Shown here: piece by piece, positions 20,855 to 31,673 of the stretch
Layout: each line of letters begins with the position of its first letter
Numbering within the stretch: the first letter of the stretch is position 1
DNA from: an uncultured Chloroflexia bacterium
Lineage (GTDB): Bacteria; Chloroflexota; UBA6077; JACCZL01
Length of the DNA stretch: 64,000 nt
Direction of reading: 5' to 3'
NCBI GenBank assembly: GCA_963765765.1
Contig: CAVXYC010000014.1
Location: 96,001-160,000, forward strand
The notes under the pieces: model-generated
The model's input: only the letters and a program-made list of their open reading frames with translations
The model's database searches: none
What the model was told of the DNA's origin: nothing
Position numbers and translations under genes: made by a program

Positions 20855-21120
20855 TCACTCGCAGCGGATCCGGAGACGGGACGGGGAGCCAGCGCTTCTC
20901 ACCGACGGAGTCTTCGGGTCGGCCTGAGAGTCTGAGACATTGACCTGATGCTGCCCCACGTTGACCTGTCCCGCCGAGCCGATGTTCAGGTTCGGCGCGG
21001 GCGGCCGCCGTCGATCATCCAGCGCCTTCAAATTGCGCAGCATCATCCGAATGGCCCGGTCCAGCAGCGGCATCATTTGCTCGCCGACTCAATAGTGGTG
21101 GCTCAACGAACTCCCGAACC
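20855..21120 (-). pseudogene. C-terminal remnant of an uncharacterised protein (copy 2)
   Basis: LDRAIRMMLRNLKALDDRRRPPAPNLNIGSAGQVNVGQHQVNV. Confidence 0.6.
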
Positions 21121-21383
21121 GCACGGCCGAAATGATCGCTACGGTACCCGTTGGAGCAGGCAGTGATCTGATCGCGATCTCCCCGAACCTCGGCCCGCTG
21201 CGGGTGTGGTCGTCGCGGTAGGTCGGCAATCGCAGGCGTGATCTGCAGGGTGGGGTAGCGCTCCAGCAGCCGGCCTGCGGGTAGAACGGTCGAAGTCATA
21301 AGATCTCTGGACGGCGCAGCGAGCCCTGCCCTATCCGGCTGCCGCGGCAAGCGGTGGTCTGTCCGCACGCTCTCTGGCGATGG

Positions 21384-22655
21384 TCAGGCGCTTATCCGGC
21401 TTCTCCCCAGACGAGATAGCCACGACCTCCAGTTCCATCCGCCCGGCCCCGACTCGGATTGGGCCAGAATATGCCCTAGGCATACCGACCCCACCTGGAA
21501 CGCATTTACCACTTCGGAGAACCGCCCGCTCAGGAGGATGCCGCCTTCGGACTTAAGCGGTCCGCTTGGCGCCTCCGGGCTAACGCTGAGCTGCAGACTT
21601 GGCGCTTCTACTCGCACCAAATCCCAACTCTCCCGCGTGGATGGAGTAATGAAGCTTAACGTCGAAGTCGCCCAGATCGCGAAGACCTGTCTGTAGTAGC
21701 TGGAAGACAATGTCCAGAAATGCACGACTAAATTGCGGAAAGGTCAAGCTCCGATCGATGCTTGCGATGCCGAGGTCGGCGAGCTCGTTGCGCGCCTGCC
21801 GCCATTGCGGGTGAATAACCTCCGAGACCCATTCACAGATCAAGTGCTGGGACGGGACAGCCTGCGGGAGCCGATCGCCCGGCGCGTCGGAAGTCTCGGA
21901 CAGCGGGGCGTTCTCACGAGGCGACGGGCAGACTCTGCTAGAGATCATTTGGAGTGAATGGGCGATGTTCCTGAAGGCCCAAGCCTCTGCGAGACAGTAC
22001 ACGCCTTCCCGGTTCCGGGTCGGAGACAGCTCGTTGGTCGGCATCATGAAACTTGGGAAGCAGGCGCCCTAGATCAGCATGCAGCGCCTCGAGGGCTGAG
22101 ACGAAAGTCGGCGCGGGCCCGAGCAAATGGTATCCGGGATGGCCGCCGAAACTTGACTCGTACCTCGTGACTTGCAGTTCCGGTCGATGCGAGCCGATCT
22201 GCGATCTCGCTCCAGACTCTCCCCTCCCCGTCTATGCTTATCAGCGCATTATTGGGCGGCAAGGTGACACCCTGAGGCTCGGAATTGGCGTGGCTCGTTA
22301 TCCCGCGCACAGCAATAATGAACGTGTCGAGATAGTGGAGGACGAAGCCGGAGAATGTATCGGCCGAGTGGAAGACAGGATCGGCGCGATCTGCCACCTG
22401 GACTCGCGCCACGGCGGTGAAAACCACGTCCTGACCCAAGGGCCGATCGCAGCTTCGCAGGTTCTCTGGATTGCTTCGAAGCGGGTTTCCGTGAGCACTT
22501 TTCCGCTCCCCGAAGTGCGCGTCCAAGTCCGGATCCTTCATTCCGACCGGGTGGAAGCTCGACATATGAAAGTCTAAGCAGATGCTATCGAGCAGATCGG
22601 CTACGGCGTAAGCGGCCTCATGGGTCGCCCTATCCTGCTCTGTCATGGTGGTCAT
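21384..22655 (-). CDS. Hypothetical protein, probably one multiply frameshifted or decayed gene
   Basis: GGGAGG RBS before 22655. Four overlapping minus-strand ORFs (22074-22655, 21938-22126, 21580-22047, 21384-21725) tile the interval. No family recognised. Confidence 0.4.
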
Positions 22656-23034
22656 CCGACGGCGTCCTCCCTACGCGAAGAGGACCGGATTAATGGCCGG
22701 CGCAAATCCACCGGCCAAGTATTGTCCCGCGCAAATGGTTGATCCTGGCCCGTGACCGCTCCGGAACCAGGCGAATGGGGTCGGCGTTGGAGTGACTTGC
22801 ATCTAGTCTGGCGCGCACCTCGTTCGGCCGGGTCCCCGGCCTGAAGTAACTGCGTCGCCCAATCGGGTTGGACATCGCAACCGGCAGAGCCCTACCATAC
22901 GTCTGAAATCCATCGACTGTACGGGACCATGCCCAGGATGCGTCCCCTCATCGCCACATCGAATGGCGATGAGGGGCTCCTTCGGCTCGAGTTCACTGCG
23001 AGGCATCCGGGGTGCTGGGTTCACCGGAACCTCG

Positions 23035-25240
23035 CTACCGCCAAACCAATACATGACATTTAAATTCGCCCCTTCCGTTGCGCGGTTTATCGTCATTGAT
23101 TCGGAGGTACAAGCGACGCGTTTCTCCGTGCGGATAGCGCTCCCGGACCCTGGAGTCTCCGAGGAGAGAAGTAGGCCCCGCCCCCGAGCCGTGCCAGCAG
23201 GCAGAACGGATGAGCATCCGATCCGTCGTGGAGTGGAAACTTCGGGTTATGGTCGATGTTGTTCCAGCCGTTGGGACCGTTTCTTCCCGTCCCGGCGAAC
23301 GCCCGATGAGATCAGGCCGAATTCGCCTCGAAGGCGACATCGTCGCCCGCGCTGAGATCGATCCCGGTGTCAACATCGAAGTCGGCCTTCTGACCGTGAC
23401 CCACGTATCCACGATGAGCGCCATGTTCGGTCTGGCCCGTTGCTGGAGCCCGAGGACATGTCCGACCGATGGCACGCGCTGGTCGCTCAGCACGAATAGG
23501 AGGAAGAATCCTGGCGGTGCAATCGTTCCATTATACGGTGCCCTGACCGTCAACCGATCGAATTGCCGCTGCTCGATGACAAGACCCACGTATCGCTGGT
23601 CCATGTTGTTGGTATGAGTAGTCGAGCTTTGACGGACCAGCACGACGGAACCAACATGCTCTGGGCTCGACACGGTGATGTCAAAGGCTTGGCCGTAGGA
23701 GATTTCCGACGGGGCCGCTTGGATGACCGGACGCGGTCCGCGGAGCAGGTACGGTGGGCTGAAGATCTCAAGCGTGATGTCCTCGATCTCGTTCCCGGGA
23801 TTCCAGTGGCGCGTATACAGGCGCGGGCGATTGATCGGCGCCACCACCCGCCACGTTTCCGATTCAGGATCGAACAACTGTGCAGACATGACGGGATCGT
23901 GTGACTCGTCAGCTTCACCGCTGCCGGCACCGTTAACGACGAAGACGGTCCCGTCGGCGAGCAGCACCGCATCGCCCATGAACCGTCGAAAGTGCATGTT
24001 GCCACCGCGCGCTGATCGCCAGTAGCTTTCATGATGGGACTGCGCGTTGAACTCGAAGATCTCTGCGGTGTCGGTGGCCTGGTGAGTCCCCGCTTCTTCC
24101 CCTTGACCGCCAACGAGCAGGAGGCGTGCACGGTAGCCCTGATCAGGCATGAGAGGCAAAAGCACGCAACTCCCCTGGTGGGGGTAAGTGCGACCAAACG
24201 GCGAGATCGTACGGAACGACGTCGGATTCCACGTTGCGTTTTGCGGGTAGAACAGCCGAGCTTCGTTCTTCGAAAACACGAACAGTGCGCCCCCTGGCGA
24301 GCCGTCAGGGAGCACGTGGATGAACGGATACATCTCGGTGATATGCCCCGGATTGAAGCGTAGCGACTGACTGCGCGTGCCACGCCGCCAATCGAAGATC
24401 TCGTACTCATCGTTCGGAATGTTCGTGAAGGTTGGGAAGTAACGACTGGCAGCTCCACCTGCTATCAAGACGTTCCCGTTTGGTAGAGTGACGCAGGTCG
24501 GGTAGTAGCGGGCGGCGGGCATGTCCGGTGACCGAAGACCACAGACTCGGTCATCGGGTCGAAGATATGGACGTCGTGATCCGAGCCCCAGCCGACAAAG
24601 GGTGGGACGTTATTGGACTGACCGCCGACGACCAGCAGGCGCCCATCGGGCAGGAAGCAGTGCCCGCTGCAGAACGCGTTCCTGCCCATCACCTGACTCT
24701 CTGGCGTGACGGGCCCCGACTCCGGTACTCGAAAGCTGCCACTTGCCACGATTGACGTTGTCTTCTTGCGGCTCGTCATATGAGAAGAACAGCACGCGGC
24801 CACTACGTAGCAGCGCGGCATGCACGCCCGGCCACGTTGAGAGTTTTCTCTTGAAGGATGCATCGGCCCTGCTGATTCAACTCGGCGTTACCAATGGCCG
24901 GTCCTCTCGAGGAATGGCGGCCAGCGCCCCGTCCGGCACCACATGAACCGCGGCCCACCCCCCGTACAGTTGGAGCACGTCCGGGCTCGGGATCCCGCGC
25001 CGCTGGCCGCTTGCACAACGTAAACGGTAGCAGCCGAAAACTCCCGCAGGACGGTACCATCACGCGGGATGCTCGCCACCGCTGCGAGCGCCTCGCCCGG
25101 CACCAGTTCGACCGCGTCCCACCCACCGTAGTGCTGCTCGAGCACGTCCGGACTCTGGGATCCAGAACTTCGCCCCGCCGAAGATCACATAGACCGCTGG
25201 CCGGGAACTGGGCCCTCACCACAGCGCCGTCTTTGAACAT
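23035..25240 (-). CDS. Galactose/glyoxal oxidase-like (AA5) kelch protein with DUF1929 domain, N-terminal repeats and C-terminal lectin-like domain, frameshifted
   Basis: VHAALLRSGRVLFF, NAFCSGHCFLPDGRLLVVGG, RYYPTCVTLPNG, MYPFIHVLPDG, EIFSPPYLLRGPRPVI, TTHTNNMDQRYV, APPGFFLLF, LYLRINDD...NGRGEF; GGAGGG RBS before ATG 25240. Confidence 0.85.
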
Positions 25241-25699
25241 GGTTCCCTCCCCGAGTGTCAAACGCCCAGCCCGGACGACTTGAGAGTGAATCGCTTCGAG
25301 CTCAGTGCACCCCGACAGCCGGTCGTTACGTCATGCGCACAGAGGCCTCCCACCAAACAACTGTCCAGGGCGCATGCAATCAGCTACGCGCGGAACGGAA
25401 TCGTTTGCGTAGTCGAAGGCCCCGGCCCGCTCGCATTCGGGCATATGGCCCGCCATATCTGGTTGGTTCCTCGAAGGGCGCGTCGGCCGCTGCGAACTGC
25501 TTCGCCGCCGAGCGCTCGTCCTTAGTGGCCGCTGTCCACCGGCCGGGCCTGGAGACCATCGCTTCAGTTGCGCCCTGGCCACGTCTGGATCGGCCGCCCG
25601 GACGGCTCGTCATCATGAACGCTGAGAGCCATACTCAAGTTACCGTAAACCACGCGGCTTTGATTACTTCTCTGTGATCACCGTCGGGGGCTCGGACGA

Positions 25700-26519
25700 T
25701 CATGTCCCATTTACCGGGAGGCGCATTGGTAAAATCGAACCGACTAGTAAGCCTAGATGAGTCAACCACGAGCACATTGGTACCGTTGATTTCCCGACCC
25801 TCGCGCCGCAACAAGACGCCTGTGCCATCAGTAAACCCGGCGCCGAAAACGGTAACAGAGCCGGTGGTATTCGTCGGGGCCCTGTTCGGGGACGATGCCG
25901 ATGACGCTCAGCCCCGTCTCCGCTAGACGCTGCACCCCCAAAGCTGCCGAGACTGAACTGGCCCCGAAGTAGAACCCGGATGACGGCCACCACCAAGGTG
26001 CCCACTGTGGTCATTAATTGCTGTGCCAGACGCACCCCATCGTCGGAAATCTCCCCCCTTAGTCGAACTCTATACGTTTGCGGCGTTGTCCCAGTATCTA
26101 GGCCGCCGGCTCAACACTCTGCTATTTTCTGCAGAAAGTAACGCTTGATACTGTTCTGCTGTTAGCCCAGCAACGTCATCGCGACTCGGAAGGCTGACTA
26201 ATCGGAACAGCGTGAGGCTGACCACTATAAAACAACATGATTAGAAGCAGTGCTATGAGAGCGCGTATGGAACCCTGAGGAAGGCCGAGAGCTTGCTGAG
26301 GTCGCTTAGTTTAATTATTGAAAAGCTAACTGACATCAAGAATAGCATCAACATCATCACGACCACTGTGATTACTATAATGAGACCTATCGAAACCTCT
26401 AGAGATATATTTGCTGCGTTACCTAAATATGAGAATAATCCGAACCCTGTCAATGCAAGTAGTAGTGCAGCTACAACAGCAAGTATTCCTGGAGCTACAA
26501 GATTTCTGATGTCTAACAT
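25700..26519 (-). CDS. Hypothetical membrane protein, low GC, frameshifted
   Basis: Two N-terminal TM helices, stitched LGLPQGSIRALIALLLI motif, and late AQQLMTTVGTLVVAV-GFYFG segment. Confidence 0.55.
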
Positions 26520-27185
26520 CGGACTCTCAATCCGTCATACATGCGACTATAGCATTCAAAACGTCGCTGCCCCGAGGTTCCACTCCCTGAACGTCGGTGA
26601 CTGCATGTTTACGGACACTTCGCACAGCTTCTCTAGTGAAAGGGCTCATTTTTCCGGGACCGTTCTGGTCGATAGCGGCTCGGGCGCCATTTGTATTACG
26701 CAACACGCTCCTTGATCTCCGAAGCTCCAACTAAGTCGTACCTTTCGTCGCCTAGTCGAGCGGTACTCCAGTCAACGTTAGAGAGCCCCAGGGGACGTTA
26801 TTGTTCGGGTCGCAATGTCGAATGTACGGCAGAGTCGCTGGCGAAAATGTCAGGGCCATTGACCACTCTCTATGGTAGGGGCGGGGCTTAGAGGCTCACA
26901 AACCTTCGTAAACTGTGGAGATTAGATGAATCCTCTTTCGCCACCGGATAGGGCACCTGGCTACTCCATTACCAGGGGAATCTTGATGTCTCCCGTCTCT
27001 AAGGATGCGCCTGTGCGACACGGGCGAACTGGACGGCGCTATCGCCGATGCCTGACCAGAGCCCCGTTTCCCGAAAATTCGATAGCCACTGTCGTTAGTA
27101 CTCATACTTCTTCCTTCAATTGCTCCCCCGATAGAGCTCACCTACGTCGGCCAATGTCAGATGCGCTCTCCCTTGTCTAGCCACC

Positions 27186-27473
27186 TCACGTGGAATCGGG
27201 CTGCGGCCAGGCACTGAGCTCATCGTCTCTCGCCCAGCCGAGGTCGTCGTCTCCTTGCCATTCGATGTCTGCATCTCCTGTCAACCCGTGGCCACTCCGG
27301 CAATCGGTGGCGCTGACCGCCGGGCCATAGGCCCCGCTCGGCGGTCCGGCGATCTCCTGCTCGAGCTCGCCACGTTCCCCGAGCCAGCGCAGGTGGCGCA
27401 GGTGTTCCAGGTTCTTTCGGTAGCCCCGGACGAACCTGTCCAGGCTGCCATCGAGACTCTTCGGAGCGGTCAT
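27186..27473 (-). CDS. Small hypothetical protein divergent from crp (putative Crp target)
   Basis: Strong AAAAGGAGG RBS; 95 aa with basic N-terminal helix and acidic Trp-containing tail. Confidence 0.65.
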   Translation of the reverse strand: MTAPKSLDGSLDRFVRGYRKNLEHLRHLRWLGERGELEQEIAGPPSGAYGPAVSATDCRSGHGLTGDADIEWQGDDDLGWARDDELSAWPQPDST

Positions 27474-27525
27474 CGTCCGCCTCCTTTTCCCGCCGCTATC
27501 GTAGGCGCGGAGTGTGGCCGTGGGC

Positions 27526-27564
27526 TGTGAGCATGTTCACACCCTGGGTGTGAATTGCTTCACA
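27526..27564. promoter_or_regulatory. Two perfect Crp/GlxR boxes (TGTGA-N6-TCACA)
   Basis: TGTGA-gcatgt-TCACA at 27526-27541 and TGTGA-attgct-TCACA at 27549-27564. Confidence 0.85.
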
Positions 27565-27597
27565 CCGGGCGCTCGGCTGATTGGTTGCGGTAGCCGG

Positions 27598-27626
27598 TTG
27601 CGCGTCCGCCGCCTCGGGCCTACAAT
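27598..27626 (+). promoter_or_regulatory. Putative sigma70 promoter of the crp-cyclase operon
   Basis: TTGCGC-N17-TACAAT, followed by GGAGG (27651) and GTG (27661). Confidence 0.55.
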
Positions 27627-27660
27627 GGCCGACGTCGGATCGGTTCGACCGGAGGCGGTG

Positions 27661-28341
27661 GTGGACCCTGCGAGCCTGACGCGGGTGGCCCTCTTTGCTC
27701 AGCTCCCTGCCGAGGAATTGGCCGATCTGGCCGGCTCGCTCGGCCGCGGCGTTACGCTCGCGGGGAGGTCGTCTTCCTCCGCGGCGACCCGGGCACCTCC
27801 TTGTGCATCGTGGAGAGCGGGCGGATCCGACTGGGGCTCTCCTCCGCGGAGGGTAAGGAGACCGTCTTCGCGCAGCTCGGTCCGGGGGAAGTCTTCGGCG
27901 AGCTGGCCCTGCTGGATGGGCAGCCGCGCTCGGCCGACGCCGTCGCCGCCGAGGCGAGCTGCTTGCTGCTGCTCGGCCGGGAGGAGTTTCTGCGCGCGCT
28001 GGAGGCCCGCCCCGGGGCTCGCGATCCGGCTGCTCGGGGTGCTGGCGCAGCGGCTGCGGCGCGACGCCCAACTCCTCGAGGAGGCGGCCTTCCTCGACGT
28101 CCCGGGCCGCCTGGCCAGCGTGCTTCTGCGCCTGGCGGAAGCGCCCGCCCCGCCCGCGGAGGGTCCCGAGGTGCTTCCGCGGGGGCTGACGCAGACGGAG
28201 CTGGCACGGCTGGTGGGGGCGACGCGGGAGAGCGTGAGCAAGTGGCTGGGGAACTTCGAACGGCGCGGTCTGATCGGCCGGGAAGGCGGCCGGATCGCGG
28301 TACTCGAGCCGGACGAGCTCGTCCGGCAGCGCGAGCGCTGA
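27661..28341 (+). CDS. Crp/Fnr family transcriptional regulator (cNMP-binding + HTH), frameshifted
   Basis: VALFAQL, FLRGDPG, GEVFGELALLDGQPRSADAVA phosphate-binding cassette, AFLDVPGRLA, LTQTELARLVGATRESVSKWL HTH. Confidence 0.9.
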   Translation: MDPASLTRVALFAQLPAEELADLAGSLGRGVTLAGRSSSSAATRAPPCASWRAGGSDWGSPPRRVRRPSSRSSVRGKSSASWPCWMGSRARPTPSPPRRAACCCSAGRSFCARWRPAPGLAIRLLGVLAQRLRRDAQLLEEAAFLDVPGRLASVLLRLAEAPAPPAEGPEVLPRGLTQTELARLVGATRESVSKWLGNFERRGLIGREGGRIAVLEPDELVRQRER

Positions 28342-28355
28342 CCGAGGACGAGGGC

Positions 28356-31026
28356 ATGACCGAGCTGCCAGTCGGCACGGTGACATTCCTGTTCAGCGAC
28401 ATCGAGGCCAGCGTCCGTCTCTGGGATGCCGACGCCGCGGCGATGGCGCTGGCGCTCCGGCGCCATGACGAGATCATCGAGGGCATCGTGGCGGGGCACG
28501 GCGGCGCGGTGGTCCGCCCCCGAGGCCAGGGCGACTCCCGCTTCGCGGTGTTCGCCCGAGCCGCCGACGGGGTCGCCGCGGCACTCGCCATCCAGCGGAC
28601 GCTCGGGGCCGAAGCCTGGCCCACGCCGGGGTCGCTGCGGGTGCGGCTGGCCCTGCACACCGGAGTGGCCGACCTGCGCGCCGGCGATTACTACGGCTCC
28701 GCGGTCAACCGCTGCGCCCGCCTGCGCGGGGTGGCCCACGGCGGCCAGACACTGCTGTCGGAAGCGACCGCCGCGCTGGTCCGCGACGACCTCCCGGACG
28801 AGGCGAGTCTGCGCGACCTCGGGGAGCACCGACTGCGTGACCTGGAGCGCCCGGAGCGGGTGTTCCAGTTGCTGCACCCCGAGCTGCCGGCCAGATTCCC
28901 GCCCCTGGCCAGCCTCGATGCGCGACCGCACAACCTGCCGGCCGCGTCGACGGCCCTCATCGGCCGGGAGCGCGAGCTGGAGGCCGTCCGAGACGTGCTG
29001 CTCCGCGAGGACGTGCGCCTGCTGACGCTGACCGGGCCCGGCGGCGTGGGCAAGACGCGACTTGCCCTGTGCGTCGGATCCCGCGTCGTCCCGGACTTCG
29101 CCGACGGCATCTGGCTGGTCGAGCTGGCGGCGGTGGCGGACGAAGCGCTGGTCCCCCAGCTCGTGGCGTCCGCACTTGACGTTCGGCAGGAGCCTGGTCG
29201 CCCGCTGGTGGCCACGTTGCTCGATTACCTGCAGCCCGCGGCAGCTCCTGCTGGTGCTGGACAACTGCGAGCACCTCGTTGAGGCCTGCGCCGACCTCGC
29301 CGAGCAGGTCCTGCGCGCATGTCCCGACATCGCGATCCTGGCGACCAGCCGTGAGTCGCTCGGGATCGGCGCCGAAGTCGCCTGGACCGTGCCGCCGCTG
29401 GCCACGCCCAGCGCGGAGGAGCTCGGGGGCCTGGCCGATGCGGCGGCACTTGCGAAGAGCGAGGCGGTGCGACTGTTTGTCGCGCGGGCCACCGCCGTTC
29501 GGCCAGGTTACGAGGTGACCCCGTCGAATGTGCTGGCGGTGGCGCGGATCTGCCACCGGCTCGACGGGATCCCGCTGGCCATCGAGCTGGCGGCCGCCCG
29601 GATCAGCGTGCTGTCCGCTGAGCAGATCGCCGCCCGCCTGGACGATCGGTTCCGGCTGCTCACCGGTGGCAGCCGCATGGCACTCCCCCGCCATCGCACG
29701 CTGCGGGCGCTGGTCGACTGGAGCCATGATCTGCTGCGACCGGCGGAACGGGTGCTCCTGCGGCGGCTGGCGGTGTTCGCCGGCGGCTGGACACTCGACG
29801 CGGCCGAGGCGGTCAACGATTCGGACCCGGACACCCTCGACCGGCTGTCGCGGCTGGTGGACCAGTCGCTGGTGGTGGTCGACCGGGAGGGCGAGGACAC
29901 GCGGTATCGCCTGCTCGACACCATCCGACAGTACGCACTCGAGCGGCTGCGAGAGGCGGGGAAGAAGCCGACAGCGTGCCGGCGGCATCGCGACTGGTTC
30001 CTGGCGCTCGCGGAGCGAGCCGAGGAGCAGATCTGGAGTGCGGAGCAGGTGGTGGCGCTGGACCGCCTGGATCGCGAGCACGACAACCTGCGGGCGGCGC
30101 TGGCCTGGTGCGACCGGGTCGGAGACGCCGAGGCCGGGCTGCGCCTGGCCGCGGCGCTCTGGCGGTTCCGGGACATCCGCGGCTATCTGGGGGAAGGACA
30201 AACCGCCCTGGAGCGGTTCCTCACAGTGACGACCGGACAATCGCCGACACGGGCCAGGGCGCTGGCCGGCGCGGGCTTCCTGTCCCAGGTGCTGGGCGAC
30301 GCCGAGAGCGCCCGCGCGTTCGCCGAGGACGGCCTGTCGGCGGCGCGCGAGAGCGGCGAGCTGCCCAGCATGGCGCTGGCGATTGTCGTTATCGGCATCC
30401 TCGCCACGGGGGAAGACGAGGTCCGCCGCGTTGCCGCGCTCTGCGACGAGTGTCTGACCCGGTCACGGGAGGCAGGCTCGGCATTCGCCCAGGCCGCGGC
30501 GCTGCACTGGCTCGGCGTGCTGGCGAACGCGGACCGTGAGATCGAGCGGGCGGAGGCGCTCTTCGGGGAGAGTCTCGCGATCCTCCGCCCGACCGGCGAC
30601 CGCTGGGCGGCCGCGCACCCGATCGCTGGGCTGGCCCACCTGGCACTGGCGCGCGGGGACACCGCGCGGGCGGCCGCGCTGTACCGGGAGGCCCTGCGGG
30701 CCCGCGTCGAGCTCGGCGATGCCCGCAGCATCCCGCTCTGCCTGGACGGCCTGGCCTGGGTGGCCTGCGCCGAGGGTGGATTTGAGCGGGCGGCCCACCT
30801 GCTCGGCGCCCAGGCGGCGCTCCGCGAGCGGGTCGGGGCGATCGTGCCGCCGACGGTCCGTCCCGTACACGACAGCACCATCGCGAAGATCCACGCGAGC
30901 CTCGGTGAGACGGTGTTCGCGACGCTCTGGCAGGAAGGGCGATCGATGTCGCTGGCGCAAGCCATCAGCTATGCCCTGGATGAGCCCGCACGTCCCGACG
31001 CTCGACCGGGCCTTTCGTCGGAGTAA
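28356..31026 (+). CDS. Class III adenylate/guanylate cyclase - STAND (NB-ARC-like) ATPase - TPR protein, one frameshift near 29235
   Basis: LPVGTVTFLFSDIE, GDS, RLALHTG, GDYYGSAVNRCARL, HNLP, GPGGVGKT (Walker A), LLVLDNCEH (Walker B), LDGIPLAIELAAAR, helical TPR-like tail. No C-terminal LuxR HTH. Confidence 0.9.
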
Positions 31027-31489
31027 GCGCGTGTATGGCTTCGCCGAATCGGGGGGCCATGCTTCATCGAGCCCGCTGACCTAACCCAACTGTGAGAGGC
31101 AGTTGTAGTCGTGAAGTGAAAGGATGGTCGCAGGCGGGGGTTCTCGCGCTGTGACGTGCGCCCTTGACAGGCCTATTGGATCCATTCGCGGGGCTGACGT
31201 CGGTGGGATTGGCAAGCCTGCTCACTTGCAGCGGTCGGGTGCGAGCAACCACTACTCAGCCGGTCGGGGCGCTGCCGGACCGCTACACGTGCCCCGAAAG
31301 GGGGAGACCCCCGGTCGCGATCTGTCTGTTCGTGTGCCCCAGATAACGGCACGCTGGGGAACTTGATTGGGACGGAGAGGACGCTCGCGGTCCCAGGGAG
31401 CCACGCGCCGTTCGCGGAATAGTTGCAGTCGCCAGCCCGGCGCTCACGCTCACTCCCCTCAGTAAACCTTCGCCACAGTCATCTATCAC

Positions 31490-31518
31490 TTGACACCTCC
31501 GACGACTTTCGCCACGAT
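31490..31518 (+). promoter_or_regulatory. Putative sigma70 promoter upstream of the solute-binding protein
   Basis: TTGACA-N17-CACGAT. Confidence 0.4.
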
Positions 31519-31673
31519 GCATCGGGACATCGACTGGCTGATGGAGGGACGCCAGGCTCATCGAGCAATCATCTCTTCCAGCAATCACGGTCATATCCAG
31601 GGCGCGCGAGTGCGCGCGCGGCGAATCCAGCGAAGACGGGAAGCCTCGAACGTGTCCATGAAAGGAACGACGC

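Noticed and set aside
27699-30965. Long antisense ORFs (for example 27699-29492 and 28957-30240), and similar shadow ORFs such as 45524-46936 and 15336-16655
   Set aside because: They are shadows of very GC-rich real genes on the opposite strand and have no protein motifs.
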